NCBI GenBank assembly: GCA_963739695.1
Contig: CAVUBB010000005.1
Coordinates: 4,342 to 68,341 of the forward strand
DNA: 64,000 bases
Reading direction: 5' to 3'
Source of the DNA: an uncultured Pseudomonadota bacterium
GTDB lineage: Bacteria > Pseudomonadota > Gammaproteobacteria > Natronospirales > CAVUBB01
In this document: in pieces, positions 11,001 to 20,970 of the stretch
Layout: every line of letters starts with the position of its first letter
How positions within the stretch are numbered: position 1 is the stretch's first letter
Made by a program: the position numbers and the translations under genes
Notes under the pieces: generated by a model
What the model saw: only the letters and a program-made list of their open reading frames with translations
The model's database searches: none
Told to the model about the DNA's origin: nothing

Positions 11001-12080
11001 ATATTTCTTCCTTTCTCTTTATCTGCCGACGATTTTTCCAATATGGAAACAAACGCAGTGACAATTTTCGAATCAAATGCGTCGCCCGCAAGGAGTTGCA
11101 GCTCAGCCACCGCCGCCGCTTTAGACCATGCCTTTTTGTAGGGCCGATCGTTGATAAGGGCGTCATACACATCTACAACGGAAACAATGCGGGCTGCCAG
11201 GGGAATCTTCTCCCCTGCGAGACCGTCCGGGTATCCACCTCCGTCCCATCGTTCATGGTGACTTCGGGCGATTTGTCTCGCGAGAGAATAAAATTTTGAT
11301 TCCCCCATGATTTTTTCTCCGGCAATGGTGTGGGTTTTCATAATCAGCCACTCTTCGGGGGTAAGCTTCCCCTTTTTCAGAAGAATATGATCCGGGATAC
11401 GTATTTTCCCGACATCGTGCATTATGCTGAAAAAACCGATATCTTCCGCATCCAGATTGCTCAGTCCCATGGCCAAAGAGACCTGCTCCGTCATCACTGC
11501 GATTCGCTGAACATGACCGCCCGTTACGTCATCTTTCGCCTCGGCCGCGTTCGCGAGCATAATTATTCCATTCCGCACAGCTAAATGAAGATCCCGAGTC
11601 CGCCGGGAAACCCTATCCTCCAACTGACTGTTTAACGTTAAAAGCTCCCTATTCTGCCGCTGTGTTAGTTCAATAAGGCGTCGGTTTTCGATTTTAAGTC
11701 TGTAATGCTCGAATGCGCGGTCGATTGCGGCTCTTAATTCAGAGCTTGTTCCATGGTTTGATCAAATATAAGAAAATACTGGACTTGTTGATAGCGTCAA
11801 TGGCACTGGCTTTGCTGCTATATCCCGTGAGCAGAATTCTGACCGTATCCTGCCTGAATTCCTTGATTTTTTCCAGAAACTCGACCCCGGACATGTTAGG
11901 CATCCGCTGGTCCGAAAGAACAACCCCGATATCGTTTTGTTTGAAAAGCTCAAGCCCCTCCTGACCGCTGCTTGCCGTATAACAAGTAATCCCGTCATTG
12001 CGCAGCAGCCTTTTGATACTGCTTAGAACGTTCAATTCATCATCAACGATCAGCAGGTTTTTTTGGAGGCCCGTTTCCAC
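10997..12080 (-). pseudogene. second REC + HD-GYP response regulator, single frameshift at ~11740
   Basis: The REC domain (ORF 11739..12080) ends ...IKPWNKL*. My translation of the next frame reads SELRAAIDRAFEHYRLKIENRRLIELTQRQNRELLTLNSQLEDRVSRRTRDL and joins ORF 10997..11623 (HD-GYP: MHDVGKIRIP...SHHERWDGGGYPDGL). Confidence 0.8.
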
Positions 12081-12124
12081 AAATGATATCCTTCAGATTA
12101 TGTTATGTTTTTCGTTAAAACATC

Positions 12125-13852
12125 TCAATACTCGGAAAATTCGCCCGCATCTTGTTTAAATGGAAGTTCGACCGTGAATGTGGTGCCTTTCCCAATTTCA
12201 CTTTCAACCTGAATAGTGCCGCCGTGTTTGGTAATAATGTTATAAACGAGGTTCAGCCCGAGGCCTGTTCCTTTACCCACCGGTTTCGTGGTAAAAAACG
12301 GGTCGAAAATTTTTGAAATGTTCTCCTGGGGAATGCCGTTTCCGGTATCCCGAATTTCAACCCTGACCATATTCCCCTTTAGCTGTGTCTCTATATAAAT
12401 GACGCCTTGGTCGGTGATGGCCTGGGCGGCGTTTACCAGCAGATTCATAAATACCTGGTTGAGCTGTCGCGGATAGCATAACAGGAGAGGAATTTTCCCA
12501 TAGCGTTTCTCAAGCGTTGCCTTGTATTTGATCTCGTTGCGTACGATATTCAGCGTCGATTCGATGCATTCAGTGATGTCCGCCAACTTTTGTTCATCTT
12601 CGGGATGGGCGAAATCTTTCAGGTCCATCACAATTTTTCCAATCCGGTCCATCCCATCCCTGGATTCACGGATCAACTCGGGGATGTCCTTTCGAAGGTA
12701 ATCGATGTCGATTGCCTGTTCCGTTTCCAAAATATCCCCGAGCTGCTTGGAAAGGGAGGGCAAACCGCTGTCCTCGCCCTCCAAGGTATCCCCTATACTC
12801 CTGGAGACCTGCCTGTATCGGTCAATCAGCCCAAGCAGGTCATCCATATACCCTCCCAGCGTTTTCAGATTGCTGCTCACAAATCCTGTCGGGTTGTTGA
12901 TCTCATGGGCCACACCGGCTGCCAGCTGACCAATCGACGCCATTTTTTCGGACTGAAGCATCTGGGTCTGGCTCTCCTTGATCTGATGGAGCGCATCTTC
13001 AAGCAATTTATTCTTGGCCTGGATTTGTGCCATGGCAAAATTAAGCTCTTCATTCAGAGTCTTGATAGCCTCGGATTTTTTTCGTTCCTCGGTGACGTCC
13101 AGGGCCAAAAAGGCCACCTGGGAGACATTTCCCAGTCCATCACCGATGGGCAGGCAGTGAATGTCTTTAACCCGGATCTCTCCCTCCGGCCCTTTGATTC
13201 GGAGTAAAAAAAACCTGGGTTTTCCGCTCTCGAATACCGCTTCAATTGCCGTACGCGAATCATCGTTAAACAAATTGCAGTCCAGATCAAATACCGACGC
13301 ACCGATAATATCGTTGAACTCAAAGCCGTGATTGATCACAAACGGTTTGTTGACCGATTCAATAATGAACCGGTCATCGAGGATGACAAATTCCGCGGTC
13401 AAGGAATCGAAAACGGTTTTCAGTTTGTTCCGGCTGTCGATCAGGATATCAGTGAGCTTGGTATGCTCGCTTTCCAGGTTAACGATCCGTTCCCCGGTTT
13501 TAACCCGCATACGCAGCTCTTCGATATTGAACGGCTTGGAAATAAAATCGTCAGCCCCCGCTTCAAAGGCCTCCTTCAGATGGGCTATTTCATACGTCAC
13601 CGTTATCAATATAAAATAACAATACCAACCAGTTGATATGCCCCGAAGACGCCTGCAAAGGGTCACCCCGTCCATCCCTTGCATTTCCCAATCGGAAATG
13701 ACGAAATGAATCTCCTCACTCTGAAAGATCTCCCAGGCTTTCAGGCCATTCTCCGCCGGTACCACTTGGTAACCCAACCTTTCAAGTGCTCTTCCCAGCA
13801 TTTTTCGGGAGATCGGATCGTTATCCGCAATAAGTATTTTCATAGTTATCAC
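12125..13852 (-). CDS. hybrid sensor histidine kinase (N-terminal REC, PAS, HisKA, HATPase)
   Basis: REC: [11 protein letters not shown]...[12 protein letters not shown]...SKPF. H-box [14 protein letters not shown]. ATPase boxes [24 protein letters not shown]. Confidence 0.85.
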   Translation of the reverse strand: MITMKILIADNDPISRKMLGRALERLGYQVVPAENGLKAWEIFQSEEIHFVISDWEMQGMDGVTLCRRLRGISTGWYCYFILITVTYEIAHLKEAFEAGADDFISKPFNIEELRMRVKTGERIVNLESEHTKLTDILIDSRNKLKTVFDSLTAEFVILDDRFIIESVNKPFVINHGFEFNDIIGASVFDLDCNLFNDDSRTAIEAVFESGKPRFFLLRIKGPEGEIRVKDIHCLPIGDGLGNVSQVAFLALDVTEERKKSEAIKTLNEELNFAMAQIQAKNKLLEDALHQIKESQTQMLQSEKMASIGQLAAGVAHEINNPTGFVSSNLKTLGGYMDDLLGLIDRYRQVSRSIGDTLEGEDSGLPSLSKQLGDILETEQAIDIDYLRKDIPELIRESRDGMDRIGKIVMDLKDFAHPEDEQKLADITECIESTLNIVRNEIKYKATLEKRYGKIPLLLCYPRQLNQVFMNLLVNAAQAITDQGVIYIETQLKGNMVRVEIRDTGNGIPQENISKIFDPFFTTKPVGKGTGLGLNLVYNIITKHGGTIQVESEIGKGTTFTVELPFKQDAGEFSEY

Positions 13853-13933
13853 CAGTTCTTATTCAGGAAATCCTTAATAACGTCTCCGACATACCCCTTC
13901 TCAGCATCGGTAAACGCGAATTTTCACCACGCT

Positions 13934-14644
13934 TCAACCCCCAGGCATATCCGTATACCCTTGGAAAAGGTACCGGATTTCCTCAAGGGATTCATCGATG
14001 ACAACGGGCACGGACTTTGTGTACATATCAAGCATAATCACCGCATTTACCGACGAATCCGTTGAGGTGGCCGTCCGTAATCTTTCTGCTATGGACATAT
14101 TGACGTTATGCAGGTTACAGTAAATTTCTTTCAGCCCTTCCAGGCCCTCACCTGCTGCAGTCCCGGTTTCCCGGATATAGAAGCGGGCAAGCAGGTACAT
14201 GGACACGGCCCGGTAAATGGTCTCCTCCTCTGTGGCAAATGGCAGGTGAAATCTGGCCATCGGCTTAAAGTAGACCGTATGAGGGCAACCGCTCACCGCC
14301 ATGACCAGCCCCAGCAGAGATCCCAATGCCCGTTGTGCCGTGGTCGTTTGCCGTATCCGGCGCTCCCGCATTTCAACTTCGACAGTCATGGTATCATGGG
14401 ACAGAATGCTGTCAAATCGACCCACAATAGGCGCCAACCGAAGGCAGAGGGGGCAATGGGGATGAACAGCTATCTCCAGAGGGCAATTGGGGCATTGATG
14501 ATAATCCAGCCCGGCCCAGAAAGGTATGCTGTCAAGTGAGGGAATCATCAATTCAAGGCTTGACTTGTCGATTTCGAGTGAAAACAACTCCTCACAACCT
14601 TTTTTCATCAGAAATCGATAATTGATCGCTAATACCGGCATCAT
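13934..14644 (-). CDS. hypothetical Cys-rich protein at the head of the signalling gene run
   Basis: 236-aa ORF, same strand as the kinase and upstream of it. Contains CPNCP and HCPLC motifs. No family recognised. Confidence 0.5.
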   Translation of the reverse strand: MMPVLAINYRFLMKKGCEELFSLEIDKSSLELMIPSLDSIPFWAGLDYHQCPNCPLEIAVHPHCPLCLRLAPIVGRFDSILSHDTMTVEVEMRERRIRQTTTAQRALGSLLGLVMAVSGCPHTVYFKPMARFHLPFATEEETIYRAVSMYLLARFYIRETGTAAGEGLEGLKEIYCNLHNVNMSIAERLRTATSTDSSVNAVIMLDMYTKSVPVVIDESLEEIRYLFQGYTDMPGG

Positions 14645-14884
14645 TTTCCCCCAAAGAAGTCCGAACGTATTTTTTTGACCATAGCATAAAAGCTATCTGA
14701 TGAAATCAGGTTTTGAATGGTATCATAAAAGCATGAACCCCCTCAACAATAGAAATATTATTTATATTTTATCAATGTTATATAAAACCGTAATAGTACC
14801 GGTCGATCTCCAGAGAAAAAAATCGTGATTTTGGCAATATTCGCATGGTTGCGGTTTTTTTAGAACTTACTCTCGTTGAGATTA

Positions 14885-16156
14885 CTAAAAGGAAACCACC
14901 TGGGGCAGAGGTTTGATGAAATGCTGGCGGAGGCTGTAGGTGTAGGCACCCTGGGTGGGAATCAGGAGCATATCACCTACTTCGATGCCGCTGCCCCAGT
15001 AGGAATATCCCCAGACGTCGTGGGGCGTGCAGAGGGACCCCAGCACGTGGCAGGGTGTTTCGGTGAGGGCCGGTCGGGTCAGGTTAAGCACCGGGAAATA
15101 ATCGGTTTCGAACCTCTCCCAGCCGACGGCATTTGTGCCGGCATCGGTTATGACAAGATCCGGCGCTTTTTTATCCACCACGGACATCAAGAGGTGCATG
15201 GCGTCGTTGCATAGCCAGCGGCCGGGTTCACAGCAGATTCGACACCGCAGGTATGGAAAAATATGCGCCTTGACGGCCGCTCCGATCTCTTCGGCAAAAA
15301 CGGCGATGGGTGTCGCCTGTTGATAATAATGATCCTTCGACGCTGTCGGTGGGGTTCCCGAGAGCCGTCTGGTGCATACCCTCAGGGGTGCCCGCCGCCT
15401 GCAGCCATTCTCCTAAGGGCGGCCAGTATCCGCCGCCGATGTCGATGAATCGGATCCGGCTCGACCGTCCGCATCCATCTCCCCGAGAATTTTCCCAGGT
15501 GCCGGATAAAGTCAATCTGGGCCGAAGGGTACAGATTCCAGCTTGTATGGAATTGAACGCCCTTCAAGTTTCACATGGTCGCACGCTTGTGCCTCTGCAC
15601 AGAAAGCGCCGAGCCGCTCCGGGAGAATTCCGAATTTACGCCACAGGCCGTTAGGGTTTGTGGTCAGGCGAACACCGGTACGGACGGATTTTTTCATCGA
15701 TGCGGCGACACTGTTGAGCCGGTGGAGCTCTCCGAAACTGTCCATAAGAACCATCACCCTGTCATGATGGGTTGCGGCCAAAGTCAACTCATCACAGGTT
15801 TTTCCGGGTCCGCTGAAAACGATATCCCGAGCACCCAATGAAAGCGCCATTTCGAGCTCGGGACCGCTGGAAACATCGAGGCCGAATCCGGAACCGAGAA
15901 GAAGACGCGACACCTCGGGGTGGTTGTTGCTTTTAACTGCATAGTAAAATGACGTCTCCGGAAAAACACCGGCAAACGCAGCCCTGAATTCAACAGCCCT
16001 GTCTTTGAGGGCGTTCGCATCCAGAAGATAAAGCGGTGAAGGATTTCCTTTCAGCGCATTGAGAAACAAGTGACGCCGATCGAAATACTCTTTCACAAAC
16101 GCTGCAAGCATCTTCGGGGGCAACCGGGGGATTTTATTCGCTGTTGTTTGTGTCAT
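14885..16156 (-). pseudogene. PLP-dependent Orn/DAP/Arg-decarboxylase-family enzyme (group IV decarboxylase fold), at least 2-3 frameshifts
   Basis: N-half is ORF 15512..16156 (PLYLLD...YYAVKSNNHP PLP-lysine region). GVQFHTS is in ORF 15382..15567, IDIGGGY in ORF 15228..15515, and ...DAGTNAVG...GSLCTPHD...GAYTYS in ORF 14885..15199. All are colinear but in different frames. Confidence 0.75.
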
Positions 16157-16159
16157 ATT

Positions 16160-17430
16160 TTAATCGTCTATTTCCACGCCGATCATTTCACAAATGGTTC
16201 CGCATTCCGATTCAAAGTCGGCACCGGCCTCCGGCCTGAAGATGATATGGCCGAGCAACCAGGAATCGTAATCCGAAGGCGGCAATATAATCCTGTGGCC
16301 TGGAGAACGGGGAAAGTCAACTTCAAGGACCCGGGGATCTTCAAGAGCGGCCTTCGCATCGATACTTCTGAGAACACCCGCCCTATCGGCATGGACCCGC
16401 ACACCGATGTGGGGGCTGACGGCTGATGTATCCGGCGGATAGACCGGCTTTCCTTCAGCGAAATCGATGGCAAGTGCAAGCATATCCAAACCGGAGGCCT
16501 TCCGAAGAAGAAACGGAAGGCAATCACCGCCGGGCCTGGGGGTCATTTCTATAAAAACGATCCGGCCGTCATTGTAGGATAAAAATCGGCCATACAGATG
16601 CATCGCGTAAGGCCAAGCGCCCGGGCGCCCTCCCCTAAGGCTCCGGGAAGAAGTATATCGACAAAATGCTTCGGGAGAGATGCCGGCAGCACGTACCCGC
16701 TGATGGTTCCGAACGGTTTGTCGGCCGCTTTGATCTTTCGGGTAATCCGGATGATATCGACCCGGTCTCCATCCAACAGGAAATCGCAACTGTATTCTTC
16801 TCCTTCGACATATTCTTCAGCGATCATCCGAGGGGCGTCCGCATCGCCGGAGTCGTAAAGGGGGTTATTTTCTCTTTGCCCGAGTCCTTCCAGGACAATT
16901 CGAAAATTCAATTCACACGCCTGCATGCTGTCGCAGACGTAGACAAGCTCGCTGCCGCTGCCGCTTACGGGTTTCAGTACGCAGGGCCCTTCCATTATTT
17001 CAAAAAAAGCCGCCACATCTCCGGCAGACCGGATCATGCGGAAAGCCGGGCAGTCTACGCCGTTCTGTTGCCAGAGGGTTTTGGAAAGGTATTTGTCCCG
17101 GCAATTTTCGATGGCGCCGGTGGAAGGATACGGTAACCCTAGTTGTTCGGCAATTTTTGCAGCGAGCGCCATGGACTCGCAGTCGAAGCAAGCGACACCG
17201 ATCGGATACAGGTTATACAAAGCAAGATGGGTTGTCAGGGCGCCAATTGCCGCCTCCTCATCCATAAGATCACATAGAACCTCTTCCACGGTCGCGGGTA
17301 CGGGCTCTCCGGCCTGTCGGCGAATCGCCGGCGCCGTGACAAACACCACCCTCCCGGGACAAGCGGTTCGAATCCACTCGATGTAATCTGCCGTGGTACC
17401 GATGACAAGCACTCTCGGGCGCTTATGCAT
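16160..17430 (-). pseudogene. ATP-grasp domain enzyme, one frameshift near 16560-16620
   Basis: ORF 16549..17457 has CRDKYLSKTLWQQNGVDCP...CVLKPVSGSGSELVYVC...IAEEYVEGEEYSCDF. It continues in ORF 16160..16789 (RIVFIEMTPRPGGDCLP...). Likely start is MHKRPRVLVIG at 17430. Confidence 0.7.
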
Positions 17431-18379
17431 AAACCATGTTGTGAAATGCAGGCGCATTCACCGAAACATCCGGCGCCGGCAGTCTAATCTCGTAAAGTGG
17501 ACGGACGGCAAGATGAAATCGCTTTTTCCAGCCGAAATCCCCGCAGAGAAAATCGACCGAATCAAACCGTTTTCCGCATGCCCAGTCCATATGGTGAAAG
17601 TTGATCAGCTTGGCAACCCCGGGAAATTCTCGATGCGTACCGCCGGCAAGCACCGTGTAGGTGTTTTTCCAGACGGCGCCGACATCTACTGCCGCAATTT
17701 TCCCGCCAAGCAGAACGGTGGTGATCCGAAGCATCCCATTTTTATGAAGACGGCTTATCAGACTTTCGAACGCCCCCAGGAAACGCGGATCCTTGAAATA
17801 GGAGTGTTCCCAGAAACTCTCAAGGTTCATTCGGAACATGACGGCCGCATCGGACAAATGATCATGCCGAAACGACAACCCCTTGGCTGATAAAGCGGCC
17901 ATCTCCCGAGCCAGTTGCTTGCGGGATTTTCCGGAAAACTCCTGCCAGTATCGATGGGAGTCGTAACCGTAAAGACCCGGATAAAACAGATACCCCTCTT
18001 CGTCCTCGCGGAGCGTCTCCTCGTTTGGATGCCACGGTTCGGATGTCATATACCGCAGGTGGGCGGCATCGGGCACAGCCTCCAGCAACGCCTGGACGGT
18101 TTTGTGCCCGGAGGCCCACAGCTTGTTCTGCTCGAGCCAGGTCTTGCCGTGCCAGGTCTCGCCCGGGAAATAGCCGAAGCAGTGATTCTCTTTAATCCAG
18201 CTTAGGGGAAGAAGTCCTGAAACGGTCCCCCCCTGCTCGGCCACAATAAAATAGGGCTGCCGGGAAAAAGATCTGGCAAAGGCCTCCCGAACCATCCACA
18301 TGTCGAAAAGGCAGGCCGGGGGGTTCATCGTCCAGAGCCGCCGGCACTCCTCAAAATCCTCGCTGACATGAATTCTCAT
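17423..18379 (-). CDS. GNAT-like acyl/aminoacyl-transferase (BioF2/CelD/FemAB-like fold)
   Basis: 318 aa. The C-terminal half (LLGGKIAAVDVGAVWKNTYTVLAGGT...KLINFHHMDWACGKRFDSVDFLCGDFGWKKRF) resembles Acetyltransf_6-type proteins. Assignment is by eye only. Confidence 0.6.
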   Translation of the reverse strand: MRIHVSEDFEECRRLWTMNPPACLFDMWMVREAFARSFSRQPYFIVAEQGGTVSGLLPLSWIKENHCFGYFPGETWHGKTWLEQNKLWASGHKTVQALLEAVPDAAHLRYMTSEPWHPNEETLREDEEGYLFYPGLYGYDSHRYWQEFSGKSRKQLAREMAALSAKGLSFRHDHLSDAAVMFRMNLESFWEHSYFKDPRFLGAFESLISRLHKNGMLRITTVLLGGKIAAVDVGAVWKNTYTVLAGGTHREFPGVAKLINFHHMDWACGKRFDSVDFLCGDFGWKKRFHLAVRPLYEIRLPAPDVSVNAPAFHNMVYA

Positions 18380-18383
18380 TCTC

Positions 18384-18809
18384 CTATCGCCTCAAGTTAA
18401 CCTGAAGAACGGAATGGTTCCCGCCAAAAAAGTGTTTCGAAAACGCCTCGACTGCCTCCGCGTCATACGGTTTGCAGCTGAAGACATCCAGGTAGACGGT
18501 ATTCGTCTGATTTGCAAAATGGGCGGAGATGAGAGATGTCTCGATAAGCTGAACCATGGAGTATCCGGCCACCCGTTCATCTTCTCCGAAATGCACAACC
18601 TGGGTCTCCCCGAACCGCTTCATGTCGATCAGATCACATAGTTCCGCCACAAACCTGCGGATCGCATCGGCATCCCGGATGGTTTCAGGCGTGCATCCGT
18701 ATATGTCGATGGAGGAAGCAATCCCCCAGGCATTCAGAGCCACGGCTTTTTCCATAATGTCAACGCCCTGATGACCCGGCGGCGCTTCTTCTTTAAACAA
18801 GGGTATCAT
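18384..18809 (-). CDS. S-adenosylmethionine decarboxylase-like pyruvoyl enzyme (SpeH/SpeD class 1 family)
   Basis: VQLIETSLISAHF resembles the E-S self-cleavage site region, and YLDVFSCKPYD resembles the C-terminal conserved block. A likely true start is MEKAVALNAWG at 18755 (123 aa). Confidence 0.7.
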   Translation of the reverse strand: MIPLFKEEAPPGHQGVDIMEKAVALNAWGIASSIDIYGCTPETIRDADAIRRFVAELCDLIDMKRFGETQVVHFGEDERVAGYSMVQLIETSLISAHFANQTNTVYLDVFSCKPYDAEAVEAFSKHFFGGNHSVLQVNLRR

Positions 18810-19136
18810 ATTTTGCAGCTCCTTTTTGCATCCCTAATCCTCTCCAAAATCATCCCTGGGGGTGGGCTTGCGGTGAAATCGTTTTCCGGATTTTTTCCGG
18901 CTGCGTGGTTCAAAGTCTTCGTCGTCGTAAGCGAGCACTTTTGGGCGTTTTCGATAAATCGGCTCCCGGCTCGCCTCTTCCAGATCAGGATCAAATTCTA
19001 TTTTCTTCATGTTACGGTCGCTTATAATATCTGGATGCAGATAGTTATCTTCCTTATGTGTGTTTGCTTCCCATAGCCCCTCACAAATCGACATCCGGCG
19101 TGTCTCTTCAAGGAGCAGCTTCCGGCCCCCACAAAA

Positions 19137-19151
19137 GCATATTGCATGCCA
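19137..19151 (-). promoter_or_regulatory. candidate sigma-54 (-24/-12) promoter pointing at the AdoMetDC operon
   Basis: The minus strand reads TGGCATGCAATATGC, with GG and GC in the canonical spacing of TGGCAC-N5-TTGC. It lies about 45 nt upstream of ORF 18834..19094 and is divergent from a sigma-54 activator gene. Confidence 0.4.
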
Positions 19152-19336
19152 TTCATTCGAGTGAATTTATAAACGACTATTTTAGTTTATTTTTCCATTT
19201 TTCCGGCCATTAGATAATAAACGACAACATTCCTTTTTTAGGTATATCATTACCTGTTATATATTTTTTAAGCATTTTATTACTGTTTTATGTTTTTTTA
19301 CATCCGAAACAACTTTACGGGTCATTTCGGAATAGG

Positions 19337-19357
19337 AATATTAATTTAATTAATATT
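19337..19357. promoter_or_regulatory. perfect 21-bp AT palindrome in the divergent intergenic region (possible UAS/operator/IHF-type site)
   Basis: AATATTAATT-T-AATTAATATT, inside the AT-rich gap of about 400 bp between the sigma-54 promoter candidate and the activator gene. Confidence 0.3.
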
Positions 19358-19537
19358 TCATAACTGTTAGGAAGTTTCGCGATTTTGGTTGCAATGCTGA
19401 TGTTACATATTTCAGGCATATCCTTTCCGATAATGCTAAATTATTATTTCAAATCATTTTATTTTCCGGTATGGTATTACCTTATTTTTAATCAGTATGA
19501 CATCCAATATGACGCATACAACTTCGAGGGCATCATC

Positions 19538-20953
19538 ATGCTGATTCGACTCACACTGGCAATCAAGGACAACAAGCTCCAACGTCACCTTGAAAGAAAA
19601 TTCTCGCAGTCCGATATCCGGGTGGATTCTCTCGGTCACCTGCCCGATGCCTGGCAGAAACTGGTTCGGGGCTGTGGGGACGCCGTCGTCATCGATGCGG
19701 GACTCATACCACGGCCTGTCGAAAGCGGCATTTCGACATTAAACAGCCTGCCCGAGCAGCCGACCACGGTTGTTCTGAGCGACAGCGGTGATTCAGAGAA
19801 ATTGGCACAACTGACCGCCGCAGGCGCTGATGTCGTTCTTCATTCAGGAATTTCAAAAAAAAGCATGGTTGAAGCCATCGAGGCGACACTCGAATCCCGC
19901 CGGCAGTTTATCCAGAAGGAATGGTTCGGCCGGAGGGGGCTTCCGCTGCCGAAAATGTCGGATTTTGTTTCAAATAGCCAAAGCATGCAGCTATTCATGG
20001 AAGAAGTCCATCATGTCACCTCAAGTACCGCCCCCATGCTCATCCTCGGAGAAACCGGTGTGGGAAAGGAACATCTTGCCAAAGCTATCCATGCCGAAAG
20101 CCCGAGATCGTCGGGTCCGTTTATCGCCGTCAACACGGCGGCCCTTCCGGAACAGCTTCTGGAAAGCGAGCTTTTCGGTCATGAACAGGGCGCCTTTACA
20201 GGTGCCGCCAGATCCCGTCGGGGCGCGTTTGAACTGGCCCACGACGGCACCCTGTTCCTGGATGAAATCGGAGAAATGCCCCTGCATCTTCAGACAAAGC
20301 TTCTCCGGGTGCTCCAGGACTTTGAAGTGCGACCCGTGGGTGCTGAAAATCCCATCTGGGTGGATGTCCGCGTCATCGCCGCAACCAACCAGGACCTTGA
20401 AAAAGAGATCGTGCAAAAGAACTTCAGGAAAGACCTGTACTACCGCTTGAGCGTGGTGATGCTCACCATACCGCCGCTCCGATCGCGAAGGGAAGACATA
20501 CCGGCCATGTCCCGGCGGTTCATAACCTATTACCGGCACAAAATCGGGAGAGAGATCGACGGCCTCCAGGAAGATGCCCTGGAGGCCCTGTGCAATTACG
20601 ACTGGCCCGGAAACATAAGGGAATTGATGAATGTTATCGAACGTGCCATGCTCCTGTGTCAGACAGGAACAATCACTCTTTCGGATCTTCCCAATGTTTT
20701 TCATAACGGCCTGCACACTGAATCCAGTAGTCGGCCCGAGGGCTTGTTTGATACAACCGATTGGGCAAAAAAGTCTCTCCCCCAAGTGCAGCAGGAGGTG
20801 ATGCGTCAGGTGGAACGGTTGTATCTTGAAACTGTCCTCCGGGAAACCCGGGGACGTGTGGGCAAGGCCGCCCGGATTGCCGGCATCCACCCCAGGGGCA
20901 TGTACAACAAAATGAAGCAGCTTGGACTTAAAAAAGAGGATTTTAAAAAATAG
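19538..20953 (+). CDS. sigma-54-dependent transcriptional activator (NtrC-family EBP with degenerate receiver-like N-domain)
   Basis: Walker [16 protein letters not shown] loop, Walker [13 protein letters not shown]-terminal Fis-type HTH ([21 protein letters not shown]). Start taken at MLIRL (19538) rather than the ORF start in the AT-rich leader. Confidence 0.85.
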   Translation: MLIRLTLAIKDNKLQRHLERKFSQSDIRVDSLGHLPDAWQKLVRGCGDAVVIDAGLIPRPVESGISTLNSLPEQPTTVVLSDSGDSEKLAQLTAAGADVVLHSGISKKSMVEAIEATLESRRQFIQKEWFGRRGLPLPKMSDFVSNSQSMQLFMEEVHHVTSSTAPMLILGETGVGKEHLAKAIHAESPRSSGPFIAVNTAALPEQLLESELFGHEQGAFTGAARSRRGAFELAHDGTLFLDEIGEMPLHLQTKLLRVLQDFEVRPVGAENPIWVDVRVIAATNQDLEKEIVQKNFRKDLYYRLSVVMLTIPPLRSRREDIPAMSRRFITYYRHKIGREIDGLQEDALEALCNYDWPGNIRELMNVIERAMLLCQTGTITLSDLPNVFHNGLHTESSSRPEGLFDTTDWAKKSLPQVQQEVMRQVERLYLETVLRETRGRVGKAARIAGIHPRGMYNKMKQLGLKKEDFKK

Positions 20954-20970
20954 GCTCAGCGAAAACAACG

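Noticed and set aside
17365-17375. GGTTCGAATCC (tRNA T-arm-like string)
   Set aside because: It lies inside the ATP-grasp coding frame (…IEWIRTACPG…) and has no acceptor or anticodon arm context. No tRNA was recognised anywhere in the window.
18834-19094. 86-aa minus-strand ORF (possible 58-aa product from MKKIEFDPDLEE...)
   Set aside because: The sequence is highly charged and low-complexity with no recognisable family. It may simply be the leader of the sigma-54-dependent operon, so it is not called as a gene.
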